64,000 nucleotides of DNA, taken from IMG/VR virus record IMGVR_UViG_2908446538_000001, positions 1 through 64,000 of that record; one strand, written 5' to 3'. The translations under genes were made by a program, and so were the position numbers. The stretch comes from a virus (taxonomy: Duplodnaviria > Caudoviricetes). Positions 54,789-63,402 of the stretch are shown here, piece by piece. Position 1 is the first letter of the stretch. Each line of letters begins with the position of its first letter. The notes below the pieces were generated by a model, which saw only the letters and a list, made by a program, of their open reading frames with translations, was not told where the DNA came from and searched no databases.

Positions 54789-55112
54789 TGGATAGTAGGC
54801 AAATTCGTTGAAAGTGATGGGGCAAAGGGGGCGCTTGGTCCAGTGTCGATCAGTTGCGCAGCGCAGGTTTCCAAACGACGCAGGCCGATGTGGGAGCTGT
54901 CGAGCCCTAGCGAGGCTGCGAAGGGATCGCCGCGCTGTACCGGCAGGCCGCAGCCCCTGCATCGCTGAAGTTCGAAAGCTCAACATCGTGCCCAATCGTG
55001 GTCGCTTAACTGATCGGCATCGGGCGCTTGGCCCAGCATTTTTGCGATGGGCGCAAGGTTAACACGCGAAGTCGGGGCTTCGCAGGTCGCAAACGGTTAG
55101 GTAAAACACAAA

Positions 55113-55149
55113 AAAGGGCGGTGCATTTAACTAAATGCGCCGCCCCTTT
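55113..55149 (-). terminator. Long hairpin terminator
   Basis: AAAGGGCGGTGCATTT / AAATGCGCCGCCCCTTT, U-tract on minus strand. Confidence 0.65.
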
Positions 55150-55163
55150 CTTTCTTCCGGCTG

Positions 55164-55439
55164 TTACTGAAGGTTACCGGGCGAATCCAACACCTTCACC
55201 ACATCATCCACCACCGCCTTCACCATCTCCTGCAAGTAATGCGACGCCCAGGCGTAACGGTCCGTCTCCTTGGTCATCGCCGCATCTTCTGCGAGCTGCT
55301 TGGCAACGTGGAGGAGGTCGGAGGCGTGGTGCAAGGCTTCGTGCAGGGAAACACCGCTGTTGACGCGGAATAGAGGTTGGTCGGAGTGGAAGGAGAAGGG
55401 GGTGACGCCGAGGGTGGTTAGATCTTGCGCAGCGTTCAT
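55164..55439 (-). CDS. DUF3077-like small protein
   Basis: LFRVNSGVSLHEALHHASDLL; GGAGG RBS. Confidence 0.75.
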   Translation of the reverse strand: MNAAQDLTTLGVTPFSFHSDQPLFRVNSGVSLHEALHHASDLLHVAKQLAEDAAMTKETDRYAWASHYLQEMVKAVVDDVVKVLDSPGNLQ

Positions 55440-55565
55440 AAAACACCTCCGAGCGCGGAGGAAATGAACCGGGAAGGATGACGCCGTTTGGTGCGGTAAC
55501 TGTAGAAGCACATAAGTGAAAATTCCTTGATTTGAGGAACTGCCACGAACCTTCTCACAGGTTTG

Positions 55566-55647
55566 GGTGGCAGCTGTGCGCAGGGTGAGAAACCGGCAAT
55601 CAAGGCAACCGGTAGACCCGAAGGTCTCCCACGCACAGCCGCCATAA
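55566..55647 (-). ncRNA. C4-type antisense RNA (three-stem junction)
   Basis: GGCGGCTGTGCG/CGCACAGCTGCC closing stem, AGACC-TTCG-GGTCT hairpin, CCGG/CCGG stem; GGTTTCTCAC complementary to upstream GTGAGAACC. Confidence 0.65.
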
Positions 55648-55713
55648 AACGATATCGCAGACGAAAAAAAACGCCGCGATAGGGTTCTTGGGCGCTTTGC
55701 GCCTTGATTTGCT

Positions 55714-55752
55714 CGGGTTCTCACACCCGGTCGCTGAATTTGCAGCGACCGG
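55714..55752 (-). promoter_or_regulatory. C4 target (a1/b1-like) tandem hairpins
   Basis: GTCGCTG-CAAATT-CAGCGAC then CGGGTGTGAGAACCCG. Confidence 0.55.
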
Positions 55753-56080
55753 GGGAGGTTAGCGTGATGGTGGGGTGGGTGCAACTGGGAAACGGCGGAC
55801 GTCTTTACTTTGCCAGTTGTCAGCGAACCCATGCAGGAGGATATGCCTAGGAAATGATCACCTAAAGATGTCAGCCCCCTGGCTAGTGGCTTAAAGGTGA
55901 AGGCAGCTTTCGGCCCAGAAGCAGAAGTTTGCGAGTGGCGGCTGAGGGCTGACCACCGCCTGTCAATACAACAGAAATAGGCCCGGAGCTGGCGTCTAAT
56001 GTCCAGATGGTAGAGAGTGATCTCTAGCGGCGGAAACGTAGTGGCACACTAGTCTAATAGCTGTATTGACGTGAGGGGAC

Positions 56081-57802
56081 ATGGACGTGGCACCGACATC
56101 TACAGAGTTAGTTAAGTTGTACGAGTGCGGAGAATTCGCCAGCCAAATGGCCCACCGGTTCGGATTGGGGAGAAGTGCAGAAACTCATTTGGTCGAGGAA
56201 CTGTGCATAACACTGCACAACTCAGGAGCTATTGACCTATTAGCCCTTGTTGAAGATCGCACCCTGCAGGAGCTTCCAGGAACCGAGTTCTTTATGGCGT
56301 CATATTTTTTTTGCCGTCTTTTGCCGGAGTTAGACGCGACCCCTGAGCGAATGATGCGCTGCGTTGATGGATTGGTAACTCGCGGAGGAAATGACGGTGC
56401 AGCCAATGAACCCAATGCAGCATTCCGCAAATGGTGCGCGAGCGTTCCTCTGCGTGCTCTTGAAGTTATCGCCGCAGCGCACGAAGGTAATGAGCTCGCC
56501 ATCCAACATCTCGCCTTCGCATTAGAGGCTATCAGTAACCTCAGCGAAGCGCGTCGAATGGCAATTGAATATGAGGACATTCGTCGCCAAGCCGCCATCT
56601 CTGCCCTAGGACGTATCGATCACAAAGGTTCAGAGGAGTGTGGCGAGACGTTTGCAGTTTTCCATTCACTACTTGATGGCAGCATTGGCGATGCTACAAG
56701 AGCAAGTGTGCTGCATGCGTCGATGGAAATTCTGAATCGCGGCCAAGATGTTTCGTCTGCTGATGCGAACTCGCTAATAAGTCGGATAGTGAGCGAGCCC
56801 GGTCAGTTCACTATACATCAGTGTGCACGTGCACTCTGGTCGTGCCGACAAGCACTTACTCAAGATATCGTTTCTTTCTTGCTGGGTGCATTGGAGCACT
56901 TGGACTCGGCAAATAAAGGAACGATTGAGGAGGTAGATCTAGGCCTTCATGTGCTATTGGAACTCGGGTTTGATGAATCGGCCGTTTCTTTCGTAACTAT
57001 GCTTCTCTCACGTCCAGATAATGAACTAGAACTTGAGGCTTTTGATAGCTTTACTCACAATCTGCTATCCGGCTCTCCGGGTCTTATTAGCCGAGTCGTG
57101 GTGAAGTGGCTTCAGCTGGGCTCGCCACAACTGTGTAACGGACTTGCCAAGGCTATAAAGGGCCCCGGACTGGATGGTGTGCCACTGAGCCTTCAGGCTG
57201 ATGACCTAGCTCTCCCTCCCTCCACACAATTGTTTATCTGTCGAAAAGCATTGGGTTGGTTCTTCTTTAAACCGACTACGGGAGCATCCGTCCTAGTCTC
57301 TGTATTGCGAATTTGCGATTCAGACACAGCTCAAGAGGTACAAAACCTGTTGGTTAATCCATTGCTTCAAAACTATGGAGGTGTGCGGGAATATCTGGAA
57401 AACCTTGCTACGGAGGATGCAGCGACCAAAGCTGTTTCTGGGGCTCTTGCTCAAAATTTGGCTTATCTCGATGCAAAGCGTTCAGTTCCACTTCTTGTTG
57501 AGCTGCAACCAACCGAGCACCATCGCCGTATTGAGCGCTTGCGTATATCAGATCAGATGAGGGAAGCGTATAAAGGGGCGGAGAGTGATTCTGTATTCTT
57601 GGGACTGGTGAGCCGCTCCGTGCTGCTCTATGGCAATCGCTCACTTAGTTTTATCGACGATGGCCAAGACGGGCTTCGCCACGTGGAGGTCGATCTTCAG
57701 TCCCATGGTATTTCCTACGAGATGCCGCGAATGGAGGTCGTTGATCCCATTGGCCTTGACTACATCCTCCGCGTCTTCCGCAATGAGAGGATGGAAAAAT
57801 GA
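56081..57802 (+). CDS. Alpha-helical (HEAT/ARM-like) 573-aa protein, candidate defence gene A
   Basis: GAGGGG RBS; Leu/Ala-rich helical pattern; no catalytic motif recognised. Confidence 0.75.
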   Translation: MDVAPTSTELVKLYECGEFASQMAHRFGLGRSAETHLVEELCITLHNSGAIDLLALVEDRTLQELPGTEFFMASYFFCRLLPELDATPERMMRCVDGLVTRGGNDGAANEPNAAFRKWCASVPLRALEVIAAAHEGNELAIQHLAFALEAISNLSEARRMAIEYEDIRRQAAISALGRIDHKGSEECGETFAVFHSLLDGSIGDATRASVLHASMEILNRGQDVSSADANSLISRIVSEPGQFTIHQCARALWSCRQALTQDIVSFLLGALEHLDSANKGTIEEVDLGLHVLLELGFDESAVSFVTMLLSRPDNELELEAFDSFTHNLLSGSPGLISRVVVKWLQLGSPQLCNGLAKAIKGPGLDGVPLSLQADDLALPPSTQLFICRKALGWFFFKPTTGASVLVSVLRICDSDTAQEVQNLLVNPLLQNYGGVREYLENLATEDAATKAVSGALAQNLAYLDAKRSVPLLVELQPTEHHRRIERLRISDQMREAYKGAESDSVFLGLVSRSVLLYGNRSLSFIDDGQDGLRHVEVDLQSHGISYEMPRMEVVDPIGLDYILRVFRNERMEK

Positions 57803-59517
57803 AGCTAATGATTCGGGACTATTTGGCTTCTCTGAAGGAAAGGGATGAGCTGGATGCGGTGTTACCAGACTTATTGAGTGAATTAGGTTTTAACGTCTAT
57901 TCACGTCCTCAAAGAGGAACAAGCCAACTTGGTGTCGATATTGCGGCCATTGGAAAGGACGATGATGGTGAGAAGAAGCTCTTTCTGTTTTCCGTCAAAC
58001 AGGGTGACCTGACCCGTCAAGACTGGGACGGCAATCCGCAGGCTCTACGATCATCATTAGATGAGATCTTAGATGCGTACATCCCCCACAGAGTTCCGAC
58101 TAGATACAAAGATCTGAAGATTGTTATCTGTCTCGCTTTTGGAGGTGATGTAAACGAGCAAGTACGAGAGAAGTTAACAGGATTTATCGACAAAAACACT
58201 TCGACGAAAATTGCTTTTGATGAATGGAATGGCGATAAGATTGCAGGAATGATTTTAAGAGGAATTCTCAGGGAGGAAATCCTTCCAAAGCCATTGCGTA
58301 GCAGCTTTCAGAAAGCTGTCGCTATGGTCGATGAATCAGACGTCTCTTATGAGCACTTTAGTCGCCTTGCTGGAAACCTATGTAAGGCTGGCATGGTGTC
58401 GGGAAAATCCCGTATACGCTCTGCCCGACAGTTAAATATCTGTCTGTGGATCCTGTTTGTTTGGGCCCGTAGTGCAGGCAACATCGAGTCGCCATATCGT
58501 GCAAGCGAGCTTGCACTTTTGACGACCTGGGAATTGCTCCGGCCTACCCTTGGTAGCAATGGGCGGGAGTTGAAAGCACTCAGCATCGTTGTTCGTCAGT
58601 TGATCGAGCTACATCTTACTATTTCTATGGAGTTCATCGAGCAACGTGTGTTGCCGTATGCCGAGATCCCCCATGGGATATCAATGGCCACTGGGTCCAG
58701 AAGTTCGTTGGATGTGAACTTAGCGCTATTTGAAGTACTGGCTCGCATTGGCTTGGCAGGGCTATGGCTCTACTGGCTAGGAGAGCGGGGCGATGAGGCA
58801 TACAAAGATCAGATAAGCCACCGCGTCGCACAACTCACTCATACGGGACTAGAGCTAATTAAAAATAACCCCATACTATTTCTGCCGATAACAGATCCGC
58901 AAGGAACCAGTATTGCCCTTTTCCTTCAGCTTTGGCTGGTTAGTGGGCTTGATGCGACGGGAGTAACTTCTTGGCTTCAGGAAATGGCAAAACGCCTAAC
59001 GTTCACCATTCACACAAGGGGTCGTTATACCACCTCTCTCTCAGACTACCGTGATCTTGCTGACCACCCTCGTGATAGATCCGACAACTATTTCAAAGAG
59101 GCGACGGCGGGCAGCACAGTCGTTCCCCTGATCGCCGTTTGGCTGCATGCCCTTGGTGCAACAGAGGCCGTCGAGGCTCTAAGCCGTCTTGCACGGAAAG
59201 AGTTAAAACACTGTACGTTACAACTTTGGTTGCCTGATGCCTCGTCGGAAGAGAAATTCTATGTAGGTGACAACTCTCATGGACGAGCAATTTGTGGATT
59301 GCCTTTGGATAAAGGGGGACAGAAGTTACTCGCAACTATCGCAGAGGCATGCAGTATGAATGCAGACTTGCAGAATTTATCGCCTGTCAAATCAGGCTTC
59401 TGGCCGGTCGTAATGGTCGCCTGCCACCATTATGATTTGCCGGTCCCTCCTGGGTTCTGGATCAATTCATTATTGGATCCAGAGTCGAAACCAGAACTGG
59501 AGGCCGATCAAATTTGA
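57799..59517 (+). CDS. N-terminal PD-(D/E)xK (Mrr/REase-like) nuclease + helical domain, candidate defence gene B
   Basis: LLSELGF...QLGVDIAAIG...LFSVKQG; ATGA overlap with gene A. Confidence 0.7.
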   Translation: MKLMIRDYLASLKERDELDAVLPDLLSELGFNVYSRPQRGTSQLGVDIAAIGKDDDGEKKLFLFSVKQGDLTRQDWDGNPQALRSSLDEILDAYIPHRVPTRYKDLKIVICLAFGGDVNEQVREKLTGFIDKNTSTKIAFDEWNGDKIAGMILRGILREEILPKPLRSSFQKAVAMVDESDVSYEHFSRLAGNLCKAGMVSGKSRIRSARQLNICLWILFVWARSAGNIESPYRASELALLTTWELLRPTLGSNGRELKALSIVVRQLIELHLTISMEFIEQRVLPYAEIPHGISMATGSRSSLDVNLALFEVLARIGLAGLWLYWLGERGDEAYKDQISHRVAQLTHTGLELIKNNPILFLPITDPQGTSIALFLQLWLVSGLDATGVTSWLQEMAKRLTFTIHTRGRYTTSLSDYRDLADHPRDRSDNYFKEATAGSTVVPLIAVWLHALGATEAVEALSRLARKELKHCTLQLWLPDASSEEKFYVGDNSHGRAICGLPLDKGGQKLLATIAEACSMNADLQNLSPVKSGFWPVVMVACHHYDLPVPPGFWINSLLDPESKPELEADQI

Positions 59518-59660
59518 TTTCGATTGGTCTTGAATTCAGTTTTCGGCCAACACTGTGGTTTGTCCGCTCCTGGCCGATTTCTGCCTGATATGATTGACCG
59601 ACATCGACCCACTCAGGCCAGTCGTGACAGGTAGATCCCTGCCATGAAAGTGCGAACTGT

Positions 59661-60032
59661 ATGGCACCCAAATGTGTGGAGAAAATCGCTGTGCGAGTAA
59701 GGAATGAGCAAAGCATTTGTGAATGGCAGGGGGTTACCCCTGATCGACCACAATCTGGGTCAAAAATCGGCATAGCGTTGGGGACTCTGGGGCTTCAGCC
59801 CATAAATGGGTTAAGGGTTAATCCGGATAACGGTACGAACGGTTGGTACCTGTGGTGCGGTATGGAGTGGTCTGAGGCTGACGATTTTTTTTCACCCCTG
59901 CATGTGGACCACATCACTGACTATCTACCGGAAGTTGTCGGATATCTTGATTTGCCGCCAGGCTATCGTTTTTACATCGACGGCAATAATTTTGAAGACG
60001 TTTGGCTTGACCCAGAGTTGGTACGCACTTGA
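59661..60032 (+). CDS. Imm33-like immunity protein (orphan)
   Basis: PINGLR.NP..GTNGWYLWCG, FFSPLHV.H, YLDLPPGYRF. Confidence 0.65.
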   Translation: MAPKCVEKIAVRVRNEQSICEWQGVTPDRPQSGSKIGIALGTLGLQPINGLRVNPDNGTNGWYLWCGMEWSEADDFFSPLHVDHITDYLPEVVGYLDLPPGYRFYIDGNNFEDVWLDPELVRT

Positions 60033-60169
60033 CTCGTCCGGTGAATTGACCTGAGTTTTCATAGACACATTGAATGAGTACTTCTGGTCGATAGCAGCCT
60101 CTCAGATTTTGAAATTGACGAGTGCCCAGGCCCCCATAGCTTACTGACGCGTTGGTTAACGGTTTCTAA

Positions 60170-60190
60170 ATTTGCATAAATTATGCAAAT
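60170..60190. promoter_or_regulatory. Perfect palindrome upstream of prtR (probable operator)
   Basis: ATTTGCATAA-A-TTATGCAAAT. Confidence 0.65.
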
Positions 60191-60232
60191 TAGCATTTGC
60201 CAACCCCAAAATCCCCCGTCATCATCCCCCTT

Positions 60233-60967
60233 ATGCAAAAACGCAACGTTTCAACCGTCTTAAGAGAACTCCTAGACCGCGACCGGATCTCCCCCACGGA
60301 GCTTCACCGGCGTACTGGCGTGCCTCAATCCACACTCTCGCGAATCCTCAGCGGCAAGATCGTTGATCCGTCGGACAAGCATATCTCGCGCATCGCCGAG
60401 TACTTCCGTGTCAGCACCGACCACTTGCGCGGGCGCGCGGCGGTGGGGGCTTTGCGGGATGACGGGCGTGACCCGATGCATTCGGAACTCAAGGACATAA
60501 GCCTGTGGGACGACGACACGCCCGTTAATGATGACGAGGTGTCGATCCCCTTTCTGCGTGAGGTTGAATTGGCTGCTGGATCAGGAAGATTCGTCATCGA
60601 GGAAAGCGAGAAGGCCAGCTTGCGTTTCGGCAAGCGCAGCCTGCGGCATAACGGTGTGCAGTTTGACCAGGCCAAGTGTGTAACGGTGCGCGGCAACAGT
60701 ATGTTGCCGGTGCTGCGCGACGGCGCGACGGTCGGGGTGAACGCAGGCAAGAGTGGCATTGGCGATATCGTCGATGGCGACTTGTATGCCATCAACCACA
60801 ATGGCCAGCTGCGGGTGAAACAGCTCTACCGCCTGCCTTCGGGGATTCGCCTGCGCAGTTTCAATCGCGATGAACACCCGGATGAGGACTACAGCTTCCA
60901 GGATATCCAGGATGAGCAGATCAGCATCCTCGGTCATGTGTTCTGGTGGGGCATGTACGCCCGTTAA
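60233..60967 (+). CDS. prtR: PrtR-like tailocin repressor (HTH + S24)
   Basis: HTH ISPTELHRRTGVPQSTLSRIL; AAG, GNSM, VK; heads tailocin cluster next to mutS. Confidence 0.88.
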   Translation: MQKRNVSTVLRELLDRDRISPTELHRRTGVPQSTLSRILSGKIVDPSDKHISRIAEYFRVSTDHLRGRAAVGALRDDGRDPMHSELKDISLWDDDTPVNDDEVSIPFLREVELAAGSGRFVIEESEKASLRFGKRSLRHNGVQFDQAKCVTVRGNSMLPVLRDGATVGVNAGKSGIGDIVDGDLYAINHNGQLRVKQLYRLPSGIRLRSFNRDEHPDEDYSFQDIQDEQISILGHVFWWGMYAR

Positions 60968-60983
60968 CCTCCTTACGTAAGAC

Positions 60984-61011
60984 AAAGCCCGCCAGTGCGC
61001 GGGCTTTTTTT
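60984..61011 (+). terminator. Intrinsic terminator after prtR
   Basis: AAAGCCCGC...GCGGGCTTTTTTT. Confidence 0.8.
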
Positions 61012-61098
61012 CGCCTGTAGAAAACCACCAAACCCTTAACCCACAAGGCCTGAAATGCACTCGTGCATTTCGATAGTGAAAATAAATGCATTTGCGCA

Positions 61099-61127
61099 TT
61101 GACTGTATATGCATACATGCATATTCT
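61099..61127 (+). promoter_or_regulatory. Tailocin promoter with overlapping SOS-like box and ATGCAT repeats
   Basis: TTGACT-N17-TATTCT; CTGTATATGCATACAT (one mismatch to LexA box). Confidence 0.6.
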
Positions 61128-61164
61128 TCATCTCAAGCCAGCCAACAAGGCCTGGTGGAGGCGG

Positions 61165-61260
61165 CAAGGATGCTGCCAAGGAAGACAAGGAAGGCACGCA
61201 ACATCGGCAAGGACGCCATCGAAGCGATGGCAGGGAAGCCAGGCAACACCGGCAAGGATG
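61165..61260 (+). repeat. Six CANGGANG (CsrA/RsmA-type) motifs in tailocin leader
   Basis: At 61165, 61177, 61186, 61208, 61231, 61253; four sit in short hairpin loops. Confidence 0.7.
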
Positions 61261-61470
61261 CCGACGCTCTTTAGTTGTACCGCTTCAAGAAAACAGGCAG
61301 CGATGAACCGGCCTTAACGGTTCAGAGGGTTGGCAACTGACCCGGGTGTGCAGCGTAAAGCACCAGAAGCAGTTATCCGGCAGACAGGGATCGTGGTCGG
61401 AAAAACATCTTAGGAAAGAACCGTACCGCGCCAGTAGCGCCGAACGTTCGAATCTGGACCGCATTACTGA

Positions 61471-61494
61471 AAAGCCCGGGCCACCGGGCTTTTT
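61471..61494 (+). terminator. Leader terminator before holin
   Basis: AAAGCCCGG-GCCA-CCGGGCTTTT; boxA-like CGCTCTTTA at 61265. Confidence 0.7.
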
Positions 61495-61567
61495 GGAATG
61501 CCTACCCATAAATGGATTTACCCAAACACCGGCCCGTTGCCGGTAGTGCTCAGCCAGGAGGCGTGAC

Positions 61568-61906
61568 ATGACAAACGAGCAGCAAGCGTTAGCGGAAATG
61601 CCTATCTGGCTGGTGATCGTACTGGCGCTGATCGGCGGTGTATCCGGTGAAATGTGGCGCGCCGACAAGGAGGGCGCCCGTGGTTGGTCGCTGATTCGGC
61701 GCCTGGCCCTGCGGTCCGGGGCGTGCATGGTGTGTGGGGTTTCTGCCCTGATGCTGTGCTACGCCGCCGGTATGTCGATCTGGACGGCCGGCGCCATTGG
61801 TTGCCTGACCGCCATGGCCGGCGCCGACGTGGCCATCGGCCTCTATGAACGCTGGGCCGCCAAGCGTATCGGCGTTAACCAAGGCTCCGGCCAGGACCCG
61901 CAATAA
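61568..61906 (+). CDS. Tailocin holin
   Basis: Three hydrophobic segments; first gene of cluster. Confidence 0.88.
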   Translation: MTNEQQALAEMPIWLVIVLALIGGVSGEMWRADKEGARGWSLIRRLALRSGACMVCGVSALMLCYAAGMSIWTAGAIGCLTAMAGADVAIGLYERWAAKRIGVNQGSGQDPQ

Positions 61907-61929
61907 CCGTTGCAAGGACGCTGATCAAA

Positions 61930-62445
61930 ATGGACCTTATCGAAAAACCCTCCCAATTGCCCCAATCCATCGGCGACGCACTGCGCGCCGCCTTCCCGGA
62001 CTTGAAGGTCGGTAATCATCAGGACTTTCAAGGCACCGGGGATAAAACCGGCGTGCTGATCACGGTCGAGGGCAACGGCCCGGGCATTCGCTCCCGTGAG
62101 GGCCGTAAAGCTCACGCCTTGTCGATTTCGCTCAAGGCCATGGTCGCGCCGGGTGCATTGCCGTTCGATGCCTGCGATTTGGCCAGCCAACTAATGGACC
62201 TGGTGCTGGATAACCGCTGGAACCTGCCACGGGCTCAGTGTGATTTGCCGACCACTATCGTTGCGGCTCCCTCACTGCATGCCACCGCAGAAACGGACTA
62301 CGACACCTGGACCGTTTCCTTCACGCAAACCCTCTATCTCGGACCGGTGCTGCTCAACGATCCCACGGGCCAACCGCTGTTTGCCCGCACCTGGGAAGTC
62401 TCGAACATCAACGACCCCGATCAATACAAACCACTGGCGGAGTAG
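61930..62445 (+). CDS. Tailocin collar/terminator-position protein
   Basis: Position between holin and spike, as in R-type pyocin clusters. Confidence 0.7.
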   Translation: MDLIEKPSQLPQSIGDALRAAFPDLKVGNHQDFQGTGDKTGVLITVEGNGPGIRSREGRKAHALSISLKAMVAPGALPFDACDLASQLMDLVLDNRWNLPRAQCDLPTTIVAAPSLHATAETDYDTWTVSFTQTLYLGPVLLNDPTGQPLFARTWEVSNINDPDQYKPLAE

Positions 62446-62448
62446 CCC

Positions 62449-63057
62449 ATGTTCGACGCGCTGTTACGCATGCAACTGGGGCCGATCATCGAGCGCTTGG
62501 CGGAGATGGAAACCCAGCTCGAAGACCTGTATCGACGCGCTGAAAGTTTCTGTCGGATTGGCACCTGCCAGGCAGTCGACGCCGCCAGCAGTACCTGCAA
62601 GGTCAGTCACGGTGACCTGCTCTCGCCATCGATCCGTTTTTTCAACCCCAGCGCGGGCGCGCAGAGCGAAACCCGCATCCCATCGGTGGGCGAGCAATGC
62701 CTGTTGCTCAACTACGGCGGCGGTGAAGGTGGCGCGCAGTCTGTGGCCTTGTTCGGTCTTAACAGTAGTCTGTTTCCGCCGGTTTCCAGCGTTGCCTCGC
62801 TGACCCGACGCCGCCACCAGGACGGCACCCAAAGCGAGTACGACGACGCCAGCCACACCTTCAACTGGGTCAACGGCCCCACCACCTTCAGCGGCTCCCG
62901 CGAACAGGTCGACGTCAAGGTCGGCGCCGCCAGCCTGACGATCAATGCCCAGAGCATCACCCTGCAAATCGGCGGCACCCGCCTGTTGCTGGACGCCGGC
63001 GGCGCGCACTTCAGCGGCCCGGTGGTGGACCACCAAGGACGCGTCATCAGCCCCTGA
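62449..63057 (+). CDS. Baseplate spike (P2 gpV-like)
   Basis: TRIPSVGEQCLLL, RRHQDGT.SEYD. Confidence 0.88.
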   Translation: MFDALLRMQLGPIIERLAEMETQLEDLYRRAESFCRIGTCQAVDAASSTCKVSHGDLLSPSIRFFNPSAGAQSETRIPSVGEQCLLLNYGGGEGGAQSVALFGLNSSLFPPVSSVASLTRRRHQDGTQSEYDDASHTFNWVNGPTTFSGSREQVDVKVGAASLTINAQSITLQIGGTRLLLDAGGAHFSGPVVDHQGRVISP

Positions 63058-63069
63058 TAAGGACATCCC

Positions 63070-63402
63070 ATGATCGGAATCGACAGGAACACCGGGGCAG
63101 CCGTCGATGACTGGCTGCAATTCGTGCAGCGCGCCACCCGAGCGCTGACCACCCCCGTAGGCACTCGCCAGAAACGGCCGCTGTACGGCTCACTGATCCC
63201 GCAATTGCTCGGCCAGAACCTCGGCGACGACCTGCTGATCCTCGCCCAAAGCCACGCCGCGCAAGCGTTCTACAACACCCAGAACGGCATCGCCGACTTT
63301 CAACCCCAGGTCATCGTCGCCACCCGCCAGGGCGCCGGTCTGTTGCTGCGTTTTGCCGGCACCTGGAAAAACCGCCAACAAACCTTCGAGGTCGTGACAT
63401 GA
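63070..63402 (+). CDS. Baseplate wedge gpW/gp25-like
   Basis: MIGIDRNTG, LTTPVGTR.KRPLYGS. Confidence 0.88.
   Translation: MIGIDRNTGAAVDDWLQFVQRATRALTTPVGTRQKRPLYGSLIPQLLGQNLGDDLLILAQSHAAQAFYNTQNGIADFQPQVIVATRQGAGLLLRFAGTWKNRQQTFEVVT

Noticed and set aside
54789-54995. N-terminal extension of the mutS-fragment ORF
   Set aside because: MutS similarity starts at MSKNTSD (54788); upstream is the promoter region.
55436-55832. ORFs 55436-55645 and the extended 55164-55832
   Set aside because: They run through the C4 RNA and its targets; only 55164-55439 has an RBS and a recognisable family.
60042-60068. TGAATTGACCTGAGTTTTCATAGACAC resembles an IS3-family terminal repeat
   Set aside because: Single copy, no transposase or partner repeat in the window; cannot be supported as an element.
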